From the IMG/VR virus record IMGVR_UViG_3300021425_000005: a stretch of DNA of 64,000 bases. One strand, given 5' to 3'. Under the pieces are notes generated by a model. That model was not told where the DNA came from. It did not search any database and saw only the letters and a list, made by a program, of their open reading frames with translations. Made by a program: the position numbers and the translations under genes. This DNA is from a virus. Of this stretch, positions 47,701 to 56,602 are shown piece by piece (the first letter of the stretch is position 1; the number at the start of each line of letters is the position of its first letter).

Positions 47701-47757
47701 CTTTTTTGCTTCATCAAAGTTATCGAAATATGGACTTGTGTTTAGATTGAGAGCCAT
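41767..47757 (-). CDS. Large baseplate/virion structural protein (DUF4815/VrlC-like)
   Basis: LNTSPYFDNFD...ILFKPGVAVQARELTQLQ; RLEYYTSL; DRFKNG; DPVAQTF; PRLKNLRAIAL. Confidence 0.88.
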   Translation of the reverse strand: MALNLNTSPYFDNFDEAKKFARILFKPGVAVQARELTQLQTMLQDSIENFADHMFKDGARVKGANGTILKRDFIKINDLDAASATVSNDTLENYIGDTVTGGTSGLTAKISKTATGLDTDAVDKKTLYLDYIQGSSTGAYLHFEAGETLTVTSTDSGRNGDTFVVDNGVDANDPTRNYFGKGLDFVIEDGILYINGYFVYHDQQEITLEKYKLTANAYVGVTFTDSKVTADDDSTLNDPATGTFNFNAPGADRYKVSTTIAKLGLTETNNSDFVSLYTVEDGRLSRGDDVGDLDFYNKLGATLASRTKEESGNYVIRNFEVTVREHLKTAENRGYLTSANGGSADHIAVGVGRGLAYVNGYRREFLSPTYVKVEKANDTVIEEGFTTSTSYGNYVLVDEVAGNWNLKEGAVVKFGDTASDAATDGTYSIHAAPSTIIGQARVRQVRYDSGTIGDAACQYRLYLYDIRMTAGEFANIRTIYHNDSNINGFADPVLESSKAVLKEAKQNTLVFRSPYRAAKTLATDTGGTYDNNYTYQKDFTVEFTTSGTSTLTVTGTETFPYSSTPTQTQLDTEFYMVWHADVTIDATTYKAGEPFRLTSAMITSISNTAVNIDVGTTLSAATDATIKVKVKQTDVTPTPKNALNSRYVKIDTSTNEEGAVGPWNLGLTDVYEIEAVYVDGSAYSESGTDYKSQFILDNGQTDNFYGHSKLIKKPSATISTTSKYIVVKLSHFDPNYGGSVGSYFAVDSYPVDDTGASGIYTYQIPVYRSQKLGSFDLRDCIDFRPYVENTATSATTMAGASENPLETFQLKSISGGYEMPIPTESYTTDAEYYLPRIDKVVLSEKGNIEVLQGASRIGPRAPVTPVTVMELATINIPPYPSLSPYIGRISNRKDYSCNVSLRQNKRFTMADIGAIEKRINRLEYYTSLNMLEKDTANLTITDASGLDRFKNGIFINNFADHKLSNLRDPDFNAAVDTQRKYLTTNFYEEQIDVIYDSVNSTGVQKTGNLLTLPYTLVDNQRNINASKSRNCIGALLFNYKGDLELYPQSDNFVAMEDGGDIVVEQNAIGQALEQFADNLNNAGIVNGIETSMTGTPSNDPQDVAFGGSDTFQDMGGIRGQVEFTGGVQFDASFEQTVESDDLQQAVDVLTIESTGNDVVTENFGDRIIDIGFSPFMRSQNVTFHATRLKPNTRMYAYFDGDDVAEHTRPLTYSTFTSALSSGVANFWSDFNETTNDYGDALVTDSEGRLAAQFRIPESTFRIGEKVLRLTDDSLNRDDFTTSSCDATFTSFGLDAVSQGVITSTQVPSFATDTIQGDPQTIANLVTDVRVEDITSNVNVDFEATTYDPVAQTFLITQEDGMFCPAIDLYFRKKSSTDGITIQIREVVNGYPGSRIVPYGSKYLSPSDVNVSTEAGDGTVTFAATQVTFDSPLFLEGGREYCIVTLPQANSPDYEVWVSELGKNKVGTTERIVAEDVSSGILFISANNRTWNAFQAEDLMHRIYRCRFTTGTNGIAKFTNGPIDYLKMTDFTSGAFKAGDSLHAFDITINSGGSGHAVNDIITLTGFGNGTGLKVKVTTESSGVITGFEIDSMGSGYTADGTAITQSATTGAGTSATFDIVTKTGSIERYSKLFDVARTQLTKSDFDVSDIISNGTTQGTLSAIENKIYNSILLNFGELVLPKTTISHQYDGTQSTGVSSKGTTSRKLVKGEKQITTKEYAVYSKSNEDADLSSDKSFNNQATLSSTSEFISPVIDLSRCGFITTKNNVNNDSTNEDSQNSGNALSKYISKRVKLADGQESQDLRVYLDQQTPIGSEVKVYGKFLAAEDDADFRNELDWFELSLVSTPDNSGLSQTKFIEYEYQIANANLNGDDVLSYSVDRVDATSVTAGGSGYTSAPTVTFTGGTAIRQAKGYAVLSAGAVSEIVITDPGRYETGSAAPTITITGGGGSSATATATLGATTYTEFKEFAVKIVMLTENTSNVPRLKNLRAIALQV

Positions 47758-47766
47758 CTCTTTACC

Positions 47767-49371
47767 TTAAAAATTGAATACCACTTTGAGAGTTTCTACC
47801 TGATTTTCATCCCGCGTAATAGGTCGGCGGTTGTCAATATATAAAATCTCACCAGAGTGATTGCTTATTTCTGGATCTGTTACTGTATTTATAGTGATTC
47901 CTGTGTCGCCTGTCGTAACATTTGTAAAAGTTGACGAAACATTGATTCCTGGAAACTTCTCAAGTAAATATACTGTATCTATATTTCCGTCACCAGAAGC
48001 GTCAATCTTCTGAATTACCGAGAACTCTCCGCCGTCATCAGTTGTCAACTTATCATCAAGATTAAACTTAGATGCATCAGCTGTATCGATTGTCACGACA
48101 TGACATGGAGTTCCAACAGCACTTGTGAAAGTTGCAGACTCATCATATGTATGCATATTCTTGATGAATCCAACTTGTCTGAACTCGTTACCAACAATGA
48201 CATCTGCATCATCACTTGTAAACGATACTGTAACACCAACATTTTTAGCGAATAGTTCTCTTGGAGGATTACCGCCGTGACCCGAAACAGGAGAAACAAC
48301 AGGTCTCAATACAGCACCAGTTCCGTTACCAACAGTTTGTTGTATTTCTAGTTCAACAAATGTATAACCTTGACCTGGATCTGTAACTTGAATGTCAGTA
48401 ATTGTGCCAGCTTCGTTTACAGTAGCTGAAGCTGTGGCGTTGGTTCCGTCGCCCTTCACATTGATGACAATGTCTCCTTCAACATAGTCAACACCTCCTG
48501 ATGTAACAACAATTCTATCTAGAGTTCCACTCACCGCCGCTGCTTCAACAGCAGACTGGAGACTAGGAGTTTCAGTAGAACCCAAAGAGGCTGTAGCTGT
48601 AGCACCTGAACCGCCACCGCCTGTTAATTTAACAAAAGCGAATGAATATCCACGACCTTCGCTGGTGATTGTTATAGAATCGACTTCTCCAGCTGTAACA
48701 GAGGCAGTAGCGACAGCACCAGTTCCATCACCTTCGATAACTACGGTAGGTGCTGATGTATATCCAGAACCACCTGCTGTAACAGTAATAGAGTCTAATT
48801 CACCATTAACATCAAAGGCTGGATTACCAGCACCAGCAACTTTTCTTACAGGAATAAAATCATCATTCAGAAACTTAGTTCTGTCAGCCGAGCCAACTTG
48901 AAACATAAACTTCCAAATATAACCATCATCAAGTTCAAAGGTATCTGTAGCAGTTGAAGTTGGTTTGATAGTGCTTTGAGAGTTATTATTATTATCTAAG
49001 CATTTATAGACATTAAACTCATCAGTAATCACATAAAACTTTGCGTCTGCTAGATTAGTAGCACCAGAAAATGCAGGATGATTATCGGCGTATTCATCAT
49101 CATACTGATCATAAACAGTTCCTGATTCCCAATCATATCTTGGTGCAAGTGTAACGACATCAGAAGCCTGAATACGCTTCACAAAAAGCATATCGTGACG
49201 ATATTGTGCTTGATAATATTGTGAATCTCGTGGGGTTTCAGGTGTAGTGTCATCTTCCCATGCGCGTGCACGGGATGCGAAGACATAAAAGAAATCATTC
49301 TCATTATAGATGTCTCTATAAAAAGAACGAGCGTTTTCTACTCTAGCAGCTTCTCTTAGTAGCAAAGTCAT
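47767..49371 (-). CDS. gp8: gp8 baseplate wedge subunit (extended)
   Basis: RYDWESGTVYDQY, FYVITDEFNVYKCLDN, DGYIWKFM, SGEILYIDNR. Confidence 0.9.
   Translation of the reverse strand: MTLLLREAARVENARSFYRDIYNENDFFYVFASRARAWEDDTTPETPRDSQYYQAQYRHDMLFVKRIQASDVVTLAPRYDWESGTVYDQYDDEYADNHPAFSGATNLADAKFYVITDEFNVYKCLDNNNNSQSTIKPTSTATDTFELDDGYIWKFMFQVGSADRTKFLNDDFIPVRKVAGAGNPAFDVNGELDSITVTAGGSGYTSAPTVVIEGDGTGAVATASVTAGEVDSITITSEGRGYSFAFVKLTGGGGSGATATASLGSTETPSLQSAVEAAAVSGTLDRIVVTSGGVDYVEGDIVINVKGDGTNATASATVNEAGTITDIQVTDPGQGYTFVELEIQQTVGNGTGAVLRPVVSPVSGHGGNPPRELFAKNVGVTVSFTSDDADVIVGNEFRQVGFIKNMHTYDESATFTSAVGTPCHVVTIDTADASKFNLDDKLTTDDGGEFSVIQKIDASGDGNIDTVYLLEKFPGINVSSTFTNVTTGDTGITINTVTDPEISNHSGEILYIDNRRPITRDENQVETLKVVFNF
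47886..47893 (-). promoter_or_regulatory. T4 late promoter inside the gp8 3' end
   Basis: TATAAATA about 130 bp upstream of the DUF4815-like gene. Confidence 0.55.
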
Positions 49372-49392
49372 TTCTAACTCCTAGTTTAAGGT

Positions 49393-49854
49393 TTAGGAGT
49401 CAGAAACTGTAAGCGTCCAAGTGATTTTTAGTGTATCAGCAGCACCTTTGTTCACAACTGAGAAAGTTGTGCGGCAAAGCATAGTTCCAGATGAAGAAGC
49501 GTTAAACACGCCAGCTTCAGTAACAGCACCTGTGCCTGTGCCTGCTGGGAAGTCACCTACATATTCAACAGTATTAGTTGAAACAGTTTGTGATGTAAGA
49601 GCAACACGAGAGGAAGCAATAGCTGTTTCCAAAGCAGTGTCGCCAGCGGCTGGAGCAGTTGTGCCTGTGCCAACTTCCATGTGTGACATACGAGTTGCAG
49701 GTGAAGATGCGCCGAGACGGTCAGCAATATGCTCGAGACCATCATCAACAACAAGGTTCTTCACTTTTCTTTCTTCTTTGAGTTCACCGTTTGGACCAAA
49801 CACTTGAATGTGCACACGTCCAGCGGCTCTCATTTTTTCAGCGTCAAAAAACAT
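49393..49854 (-). CDS. Virion structural protein (tail-fibre N-terminal-like)
   Basis: NLVVDDG, GTGTTAP..GDTAL, VTEAGVFNASSSGTML, LKITWTLT. Confidence 0.75.
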   Translation of the reverse strand: MFFDAEKMRAAGRVHIQVFGPNGELKEERKVKNLVVDDGLEHIADRLGASSPATRMSHMEVGTGTTAPAAGDTALETAIASSRVALTSQTVSTNTVEYVGDFPAGTGTGAVTEAGVFNASSSGTMLCRTTFSVVNKGAADTLKITWTLTVSDS

Positions 49855-49887
49855 TTAATTCTCCTAGTTTTATGCTAAATTGTTTTT

Positions 49888-49907
49888 TATTTATAACGAT
49901 ATTTATA
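49888..49907 (-). promoter_or_regulatory. Tandem T4 late promoters
   Basis: Two TATAAATA copies at 49888-49895 and 49900-49907. Confidence 0.8.
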
Positions 49908-49909
49908 AG

Positions 49910-52900
49910 TTATGAGATGTTTCTGGCTTCACCAACATAATCTTCAGCAAAGTAATCACCAGCATAGTTTTGTGCGATAATTTGTCCAGACTCACCGAAA
50001 GAGGCTGTATCCGTTCTTGCACTACCGAACAACAATACATCGCTTTCGTCAACAGTTGGGCTTTCAGTTTTACCTAATCCTGGCTCTTTATTGGTAATAA
50101 CATCTTGCCAGTCTACACTATCTTCCTTAACTAATCCTGGCTCCAAAGAAGGAGCATCACTAATATCTATACTGTCAGTTTTAAACAAGTTTGGACTAAT
50201 AACAACAGCTTCTGACCAATCTATGGATTCGGTTGGTGTTCTGAAGATAAACTTCAATGTAACAACGACCTCAGACCAATCTACACTGTCGGTAACATTA
50301 TTCTTATTGAAATCTTTTCCAACAGCCTCTGACCAGTCAACAGAATCTTCTTTGCCCATTGTAACATCGAACTTATCTACTGCATCGTCGAAAGAAGGGG
50401 TTTCAAACTTACCAAGATTTGGGAACAACAGAATTGTATCATCTGATGCACCTGTTCTCTGATCAGACCAATCAACGCTATCAGTAATAGCTGGTTTGTG
50501 GAAGAATAACACTGGGGCGTCATCAACAGAAGGTGTCTCAATTTCAGCAAACAGACGGAATACAATTACATCTGGTGTCGCATTATATCCTGCGCCCATA
50601 TTAACAGTTTGCTTAATCTGTAAGTCTGTCCAAGCAATCATACCTGCTGGGTGAGCGATACGATCTAGAAGTTCGCCCCACTCAGTTTTAGGTCTTGCTG
50701 CACGAATTTGATATGAGAAGTTTTGATAGACAGCGTTGTCTTGAAGTTTATTTGCGTCAGAAACAAACCCTTGCGAGTTTTTAAAAGATCCAGGATATGA
50801 ATGAGAGAAACCTGTTTTACATGTAATCGTGGCAGTCTCATCATTACTTGACCTCAATATGAAATCAAAGGTCGAACGCTGAAAGCCTGTGCCAGTCGAA
50901 ACAACTTCAACAATTGTTGGATAGTTGTCTTCGTCAATCGCTTTAACTCGGACTAATGCGTTGTTCTCAATACCTGTAAGGGTATAATCTTCGGCGAAAT
51001 AGTCAATAGCATAAACACCAAGAATATCACCTGTTTCCTGGACTGCGAAAGTATCGCCAATAGAAAATCCACCATCAGATGTTCCAGTATTCGTTTTTAG
51101 AGTAGCAGAGTTCAACACTCTGGTCAAAAATGCTGTTTTATTGGAAATATTATCACTGACGCCTTCAAGTCCAATCCAAGATCTCACAGAATCTGTATTT
51201 AAAACAAGGTCAGGAACATTGTTATATCCGACGCCCTGAACATTATTTACAAAAACTGTGCTTGTAATAACGCCGCTTGTCAATCTTGTGTCAATAACAG
51301 CATCAGTTGTTGGAGTATCGCCACCAGTTGGTAGGATAACTACAGAAGGGTTAGCAGAGTAACCTGCACCACCGTCATCAATAGTGACAGAGAAAATTTT
51401 ACCTTCAGTAATTGTAGCAACATCAAATGTTAGGTCAGCACCACCGCCGCCGCCAAGAAGCGAATCAGGAATAGTTATAGTTTCATCAGGGGCGTAATCG
51501 TCGCCCACTGTATCAACAGTAACTGTGGCAGCTCCTGATCCATCCACAACGATAGTGAATTCAGCCCCTGTTCCATTTCCATCTGTTGTAAAACCGCTGT
51601 CAATATCATATGTTCCTGAAGTCCTCAGAACATCAGCAGCTCCGATATTATCAACTGTTGCGATTTTACCGCCGATAACAGCTGTGAGTTGACCTTCAAC
51701 TCCTGGACCAGGAATAACAGTCCCTGAAGGAATGTCAACAGTCAACTCATATGCAGCTGGGTTTGTGTAAGCAACTTTACGAGCACGTGTGACTGATGTA
51801 TTGATTATTTTTCTTGCTGTGATTGAGGCGACTGATTCATAATAATGAATATCAACTCGGCGACCCCTTAAATCAAATGGGTCTGAGACTGGAGTAATCT
51901 CATCATTCGCATATACTTTAATTGTAACTTCAGTTTGCCAAATACCATCAGAAGGTTTGAGGATAAACTCTGAAGGAAGAAATACTTCTACATCTTCATT
52001 ATACATGAGTTTGAAGAACTCTTCAACGCCCCTCCTAGAACCCTTCGCCCCAAAAAACTGACGAATATTTTTAATAAGGAGACGCTTGTCAACCTCAGCA
52101 GTAGCTGGGAAGTCGAGAGCATATGTTTCCAAGAATGGGTCAAGAAAACTACCATCATAATGGTCAAGATTAAGTTTATCGATAAGTTCTTGGAGGAGAT
52201 AGTTCGGACTTTGATTGTAATCATTATCTTCAATTCCCAGATCTGCATAACCATCATCACCAAGATCCATAAAAGTATAATAATCTTTTAAGAATTTCGC
52301 AAATGCTGGATAATCGTCTCTGATGAATTCAGGAATCTGAGAATCGACAATGTAATTCATATTCTCATGAAAATAGTTCGGAATCCGAGCGATAGTTTGT
52401 AGAACTGGTGTGAATAATGCCCCTGTGCCACCACCTTTTAGTTGGGCGACCGTGAATGTCATATCAGCAGCACCATTTGTGCCACCGATTGCGTTATCAG
52501 TAATCGTTACAGTTTCGCCTTCCATATAATGAAGACCAGATGTTGTAACATTTACTGATGTTACATCACCGCTAGAATCAACAACAACTGTAGCAATGGC
52601 ATTAATACCATCTTTCATAGAAGTTACTGCTACGCCTGTATATGTTCCCTCATCGCGGCGAGAATCTGCAGAACCAGTAAATGTTAGAGAAGAAGTTCCT
52701 GTTTGAATACCTGATTGAACATAAATTTCTGGTATATCACCATAACCGTCTCCTGGTTCTGTGATATTTACTGCAGCAATATGACCATTTTGAATATCTA
52801 ATGTTGCCGTGGCACGAACCTGATCAGATTCAGGTGAGCCAGAAGGTTCACTGATGAAGAGAGTAACTTCGCCTGGAATAGACGAATAGTTTGCGCCTGC

Positions 52901-52957
52901 ATTATCAATGGTAATGCTTTCAATAAATCTTCTAAACTTTGGTGCAGAACGAGCCAT
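49910..52957 (-). CDS. gp7: gp7-like baseplate wedge initiator
   Basis: QIPEFIRDDYP, LLIKNIRQFFGAKGS, ILKPSDGIW, LQDNAVYQNFSY, HPAG; follows gp6. Confidence 0.8.
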   Translation of the reverse strand: MARSAPKFRRFIESITIDNAGANYSSIPGEVTLFISEPSGSPESDQVRATATLDIQNGHIAAVNITEPGDGYGDIPEIYVQSGIQTGTSSLTFTGSADSRRDEGTYTGVAVTSMKDGINAIATVVVDSSGDVTSVNVTTSGLHYMEGETVTITDNAIGGTNGAADMTFTVAQLKGGGTGALFTPVLQTIARIPNYFHENMNYIVDSQIPEFIRDDYPAFAKFLKDYYTFMDLGDDGYADLGIEDNDYNQSPNYLLQELIDKLNLDHYDGSFLDPFLETYALDFPATAEVDKRLLIKNIRQFFGAKGSRRGVEEFFKLMYNEDVEVFLPSEFILKPSDGIWQTEVTIKVYANDEITPVSDPFDLRGRRVDIHYYESVASITARKIINTSVTRARKVAYTNPAAYELTVDIPSGTVIPGPGVEGQLTAVIGGKIATVDNIGAADVLRTSGTYDIDSGFTTDGNGTGAEFTIVVDGSGAATVTVDTVGDDYAPDETITIPDSLLGGGGGADLTFDVATITEGKIFSVTIDDGGAGYSANPSVVILPTGGDTPTTDAVIDTRLTSGVITSTVFVNNVQGVGYNNVPDLVLNTDSVRSWIGLEGVSDNISNKTAFLTRVLNSATLKTNTGTSDGGFSIGDTFAVQETGDILGVYAIDYFAEDYTLTGIENNALVRVKAIDEDNYPTIVEVVSTGTGFQRSTFDFILRSSNDETATITCKTGFSHSYPGSFKNSQGFVSDANKLQDNAVYQNFSYQIRAARPKTEWGELLDRIAHPAGMIAWTDLQIKQTVNMGAGYNATPDVIVFRLFAEIETPSVDDAPVLFFHKPAITDSVDWSDQRTGASDDTILLFPNLGKFETPSFDDAVDKFDVTMGKEDSVDWSEAVGKDFNKNNVTDSVDWSEVVVTLKFIFRTPTESIDWSEAVVISPNLFKTDSIDISDAPSLEPGLVKEDSVDWQDVITNKEPGLGKTESPTVDESDVLLFGSARTDTASFGESGQIIAQNYAGDYFAEDYVGEARNIS

Positions 52958-54880
52958 TTAAATATCCGAAATTTTAGCTTCCATTGTTACAGTAGTTCCT
53001 GCTCTGATATTATTTGGAATATCGGCAGTAGTTTTGTCTTGAACCAAAATATAGTTTTTAGAAGCAGTAGGAACAACAGCTGAATCTGATGTAGCTGCAG
53101 TTCTTCTCAAAACATCAGTTTTAATATCTCGGGCACTTTCATGGGGTTGGACTGAAAGGAGCAACTTTGTTTGCGATCCCGAGATAGAAACAATATCTAA
53201 GTTATTTAAAGTGATAAGTCCTGTATCATAATCGATCTCACCAGCATTAGCATCAATAATAACATTTTTATCCGATGTCTTCAGCTGAATAACACCTTTA
53301 CCGTTATATGCAGGGGCAACAACATCATCATTAGGTTTATCTGAAATATATACTGAATATGTGGCATTATTGATTCTAGCAGTGAAAAACCCACTACTAA
53401 CTGATGATGGCTGAAGTTTGTTATTATAAGGAACTGTATATTTAACAATTGTATTCAACGATGGTGTAATTTCTTTTGTTAGTCGCATTTCTAGATTAAC
53501 AGCGATAAAAGATTTAGAACGCCCAACGATTCTAGAAGAAAGAACAGAATAATAAAAGTTTTTATCCAAACTATTCAGTTCGTTTAAGAAATAGTTGTCA
53601 ATTTCAGTTGTGACAATTTGAGACAAAGCACCAGCTGTTTGAGTTGTTTTCTTAGAGTCATATGTAACCTTAACACCAAGACCAATATGAGTGTATTCAG
53701 GGTCAACGAACTCCGATGTTATTGAAACAGGCTGACGTGGCTCAATTGTCTCGCGCAACAAAGTATCTTTATCATCTTGCGTGATAATCAGACCATCTTT
53801 TGGCTGCAAGGATATAAAGACCTTACCGTAAATTGGTGGATCATTATCTTCGCCGCCCCAAACAGCCACTGACTTAACATTAGGGTTGGCAGAGAGAATA
53901 AGTGCTTGGTAATCGTTAGTTGTAACAGCACGGTTTTTAGTTGCATTGAAACGAGGGGCGTTAAAACGAATGCTATCAACAGATTCCTGAGCCGAGCCGC
54001 CAGAAGATTCTGATACAGTTGTTAGAGAAACAGTTTCACCAGAACCTGTGAGAACTGAGGGAGCAGTAAATGTTTTTACACCATTAGCAACTTCACCATT
54101 TGTTGCTATGTATTGTAATCTAACAATATTACCAGCATTGAGTTTCTTACCGAGAACGCCATCGCCAAACCTAACTTCATAGAAACCATTAGAGGCTTCT
54201 TCAATATAAAACACAGTTGATGATGATTTCACATCAAGAATATTGTCTGAGAAAGTAAATGTGGTCAAATTGGTGTCAGAAATACTATCTTGAATAGAAC
54301 ATGTAACTGTCGTTGTGTCAACATCAGGGTTAGCCATCAACACTGGACCAGATAAGGTGTTCACATCTACAATCTCAGAATTGTCAACCAATGAACCCTC
54401 TTTTATATTAACATTTGTGAAATAGAAGCCATCTACTTCTACGCCACCGATAGTTTTTTTGGTTTTGTTTACTGTATAATCTTTATCTGGGAAAAACTTA
54501 AATGTTTTACCATTAACCGCTGCAGTAAATGCCTTTGATTTCGTGAGGGTGAAAGAACCTTGTGTATATGTAGATGATGGGATAACATCAATATTAATAA
54601 CAGCAGTTGATGCTCTTGCAGAACGAGCTGTATAACCCATGGTTTTTGCAATCGAAGCAATAGAGTTTCTCTTGACAGCTGAATCTAAGAATGCTTCATT
54701 AGCCACCATATGTGCGAGATAAGCATTATATTGAGTGTTGTAGGCAAGCAAATCAATCAGAACTGAAAGACCTGATGCTTCAAAATCATAATCTGCATAT
54801 GTGTCTTGATCAGACAAATATGCTTTTAAATTTGCCTTGATTTTATCAAACTCAAGTTCTGTAAATTTTCTTACTGCCAT
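52958..54880 (-). CDS. gp6: gp6 baseplate wedge subunit
   Basis: LEFDKIKANLK, DLLAYNTQYNA, FGDGVLG, RAVTTNDY, WGGEDNDPPIYGKV. Confidence 0.96.
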   Translation of the reverse strand: MAVRKFTELEFDKIKANLKAYLSDQDTYADYDFEASGLSVLIDLLAYNTQYNAYLAHMVANEAFLDSAVKRNSIASIAKTMGYTARSARASTAVINIDVIPSSTYTQGSFTLTKSKAFTAAVNGKTFKFFPDKDYTVNKTKKTIGGVEVDGFYFTNVNIKEGSLVDNSEIVDVNTLSGPVLMANPDVDTTTVTCSIQDSISDTNLTTFTFSDNILDVKSSSTVFYIEEASNGFYEVRFGDGVLGKKLNAGNIVRLQYIATNGEVANGVKTFTAPSVLTGSGETVSLTTVSESSGGSAQESVDSIRFNAPRFNATKNRAVTTNDYQALILSANPNVKSVAVWGGEDNDPPIYGKVFISLQPKDGLIITQDDKDTLLRETIEPRQPVSITSEFVDPEYTHIGLGVKVTYDSKKTTQTAGALSQIVTTEIDNYFLNELNSLDKNFYYSVLSSRIVGRSKSFIAVNLEMRLTKEITPSLNTIVKYTVPYNNKLQPSSVSSGFFTARINNATYSVYISDKPNDDVVAPAYNGKGVIQLKTSDKNVIIDANAGEIDYDTGLITLNNLDIVSISGSQTKLLLSVQPHESARDIKTDVLRRTAATSDSAVVPTASKNYILVQDKTTADIPNNIRAGTTVTMEAKISDI

Positions 54881-54905
54881 TTTTGACTCTTTTTACTTTT
54901 ATTTA

Positions 54906-55193
54906 TTAGGCTCCGATTTGAACCGTCGCGTTAAATGTTGTTGTTACTGGACCACCGCAAGCGGCGACTGATCCGCTGTAAGCAACTCCCTTTCCGTTTA
55001 TTCTCACTGTCGCTGAACCTGTAGCAATAGCATTTGCTGGGTGTGTTGTTGAACCACTTGAGTGAGTGGAAACCACATCCCCAATCAATAATATAGGAGA
55101 ACCACCGCTAGTAACTGTCGCATTAGAAGGTGTGATGACACCTGTTCCTGCTGCATCAACCACTGTTCCTGGAGCAATCGCAACACTTGGCAT
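54906..55193 (-). CDS. PAAR-like spike tip (gp5.4-like)
   Basis: GDVVSTH...H...IATGSATVRINGKGVA...C pattern. Confidence 0.8.
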   Translation of the reverse strand: MPSVAIAPGTVVDAAGTGVITPSNATVTSGGSPILLIGDVVSTHSSGSTTHPANAIATGSATVRINGKGVAYSGSVAACGGPVTTTFNATVQIGA

Positions 55194-55597
55194 TACCGAA
55201 GCCTTTCTAGAATAGTTGTATAAACTTGTGGTTCTCTGACACCAATAATATAAAAATCTAATCTAATTTGATACTCATTAGCATCTGGGTCAGAAGAAAC
55301 TGTTACATTCTCAACACGAACTCTTGGTTCATAGTTTTTTATCATAAATTCTATTTCTTTTTCAATAATAGAGCCAGTGAGATAGTCAACAGGTTCAAAT
55401 AGTAATCCTCTAATACCTGAACCAAAATTAGGTTGAAATTTCTTTTCCCCTCTCTGATACATGAAAAGGTTTCCCAAAGATTGTTTTACGGCACTGACAT
55501 CAATTTTGCGCCCAACATCTTTTGTGATTGGGTTTATAGCAAAATTTAAGTCAATATCTTTATATAATCTTGCTGGAGTTTTTCTTTTTGTAGCCAT
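55193..55597 (-). CDS. gp25: gp25 baseplate wedge subunit
   Basis: YKDIDLNF, GEKKFQPNFGS, YEPRV. Confidence 0.93.
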   Translation of the reverse strand: MATKRKTPARLYKDIDLNFAINPITKDVGRKIDVSAVKQSLGNLFMYQRGEKKFQPNFGSGIRGLLFEPVDYLTGSIIEKEIEFMIKNYEPRVRVENVTVSSDPDANEYQIRLDFYIIGVREPQVYTTILERLR

Positions 55598-55601
55598 ATC
55601 C

Positions 55602-55609
55602 TATTTATA
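55602..55609 (-). promoter_or_regulatory. T4 late promoter (gp25)
   Basis: TATAAATA 4 nt before the ATG. Confidence 0.8.
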
Positions 55610-55610
55610 C

Positions 55611-56591
55611 TTACCATTCCTGATATTTTCTTTTTTCTAATGTGCTTCTTCCAGGAAATCCAGTTCCTCTCTGTGTCTTAGAATAAGGAATCGCAGCAAG
55701 TGCAGCAGCTTGTGTTCTTTTCGTGGCTGCCAGATATCTGTCGGTAATTTTCCCTGATTCCTCAAGACTTGCACCAGATAAAGATTTACCAAAATTTTTT
55801 GCCTGCTGTTTATCAAATGCTTCTTTAGCAGCCTTATATTCAACTTCAGATTCTTCTAATTCGGCAAAAGCAGCATCTTGTTTCTCATACCAAACCTTTT
55901 CATCTTTTGCTCTTGCTTCTCTATATCTTTCTTTTTCTTCGTTGGAAACCTTAACTTCTTTTTTATTTTTACCAAATATCAATTCAGAAAATCCGCCTAC
56001 AGAATCATCCTCTGCAACTGCATCTTTTGCTGATTTAGCCTTATCTAGTGCACCCGAATAAACATCCTCATATCTTTTTTGTATTGCAAACTTTACTTGT
56101 TTTACAGGGTTTTTGGGTCTTTTAAGAGTCCCTGAAACCTGTTTACCTTTTTCAACGAACTCACCATATCTTGTTTGAATGTTTGGAATAATCTCACAGA
56201 GTTTAGTTAAGTCACCACCAAGATCGTTAATAGCACCAAGAAGTTCTTCTGGGTCACCATAGTCTACATTACCATATTTCTCTGCTAAACCTTCGACAAA
56301 TTCAACCTTTTCCAAAGTTTCGCCAACAAGTCTATTACCAGCTTCAATATATTGTTGAAACTCTAACGGCAATGATGGTATTAAATGTTCAATCAAAGCC
56401 AATGGATCGTCAAGAAGTTCTTTTAGGAGTTGCAGGTCTTGATAAACCTGAACAGCGAGCTGCACTTCAGCGTATCCAGGAATTGTTGCAATTTTCTTGG
56501 GAAGAGCAGAAATTGCCAACTCAGCCTGATCAACGACATTATTGATTCCATCAACTAACTGTTGAACTGATTCTGCTGGTCCACAACTCAT
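55611..56591 (-). CDS. Hypothetical helical protein downstream of gp5
   Basis: 326-aa ORF with no recognised motif. Confidence 0.65.
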   Translation of the reverse strand: MSCGPAESVQQLVDGINNVVDQAELAISALPKKIATIPGYAEVQLAVQVYQDLQLLKELLDDPLALIEHLIPSLPLEFQQYIEAGNRLVGETLEKVEFVEGLAEKYGNVDYGDPEELLGAINDLGGDLTKLCEIIPNIQTRYGEFVEKGKQVSGTLKRPKNPVKQVKFAIQKRYEDVYSGALDKAKSAKDAVAEDDSVGGFSELIFGKNKKEVKVSNEEKERYREARAKDEKVWYEKQDAAFAELEESEVEYKAAKEAFDKQQAKNFGKSLSGASLEESGKITDRYLAATKRTQAAALAAIPYSKTQRGTGFPGRSTLEKRKYQEW

Positions 56592-56602
56592 TTCTTATCC
56601 CC

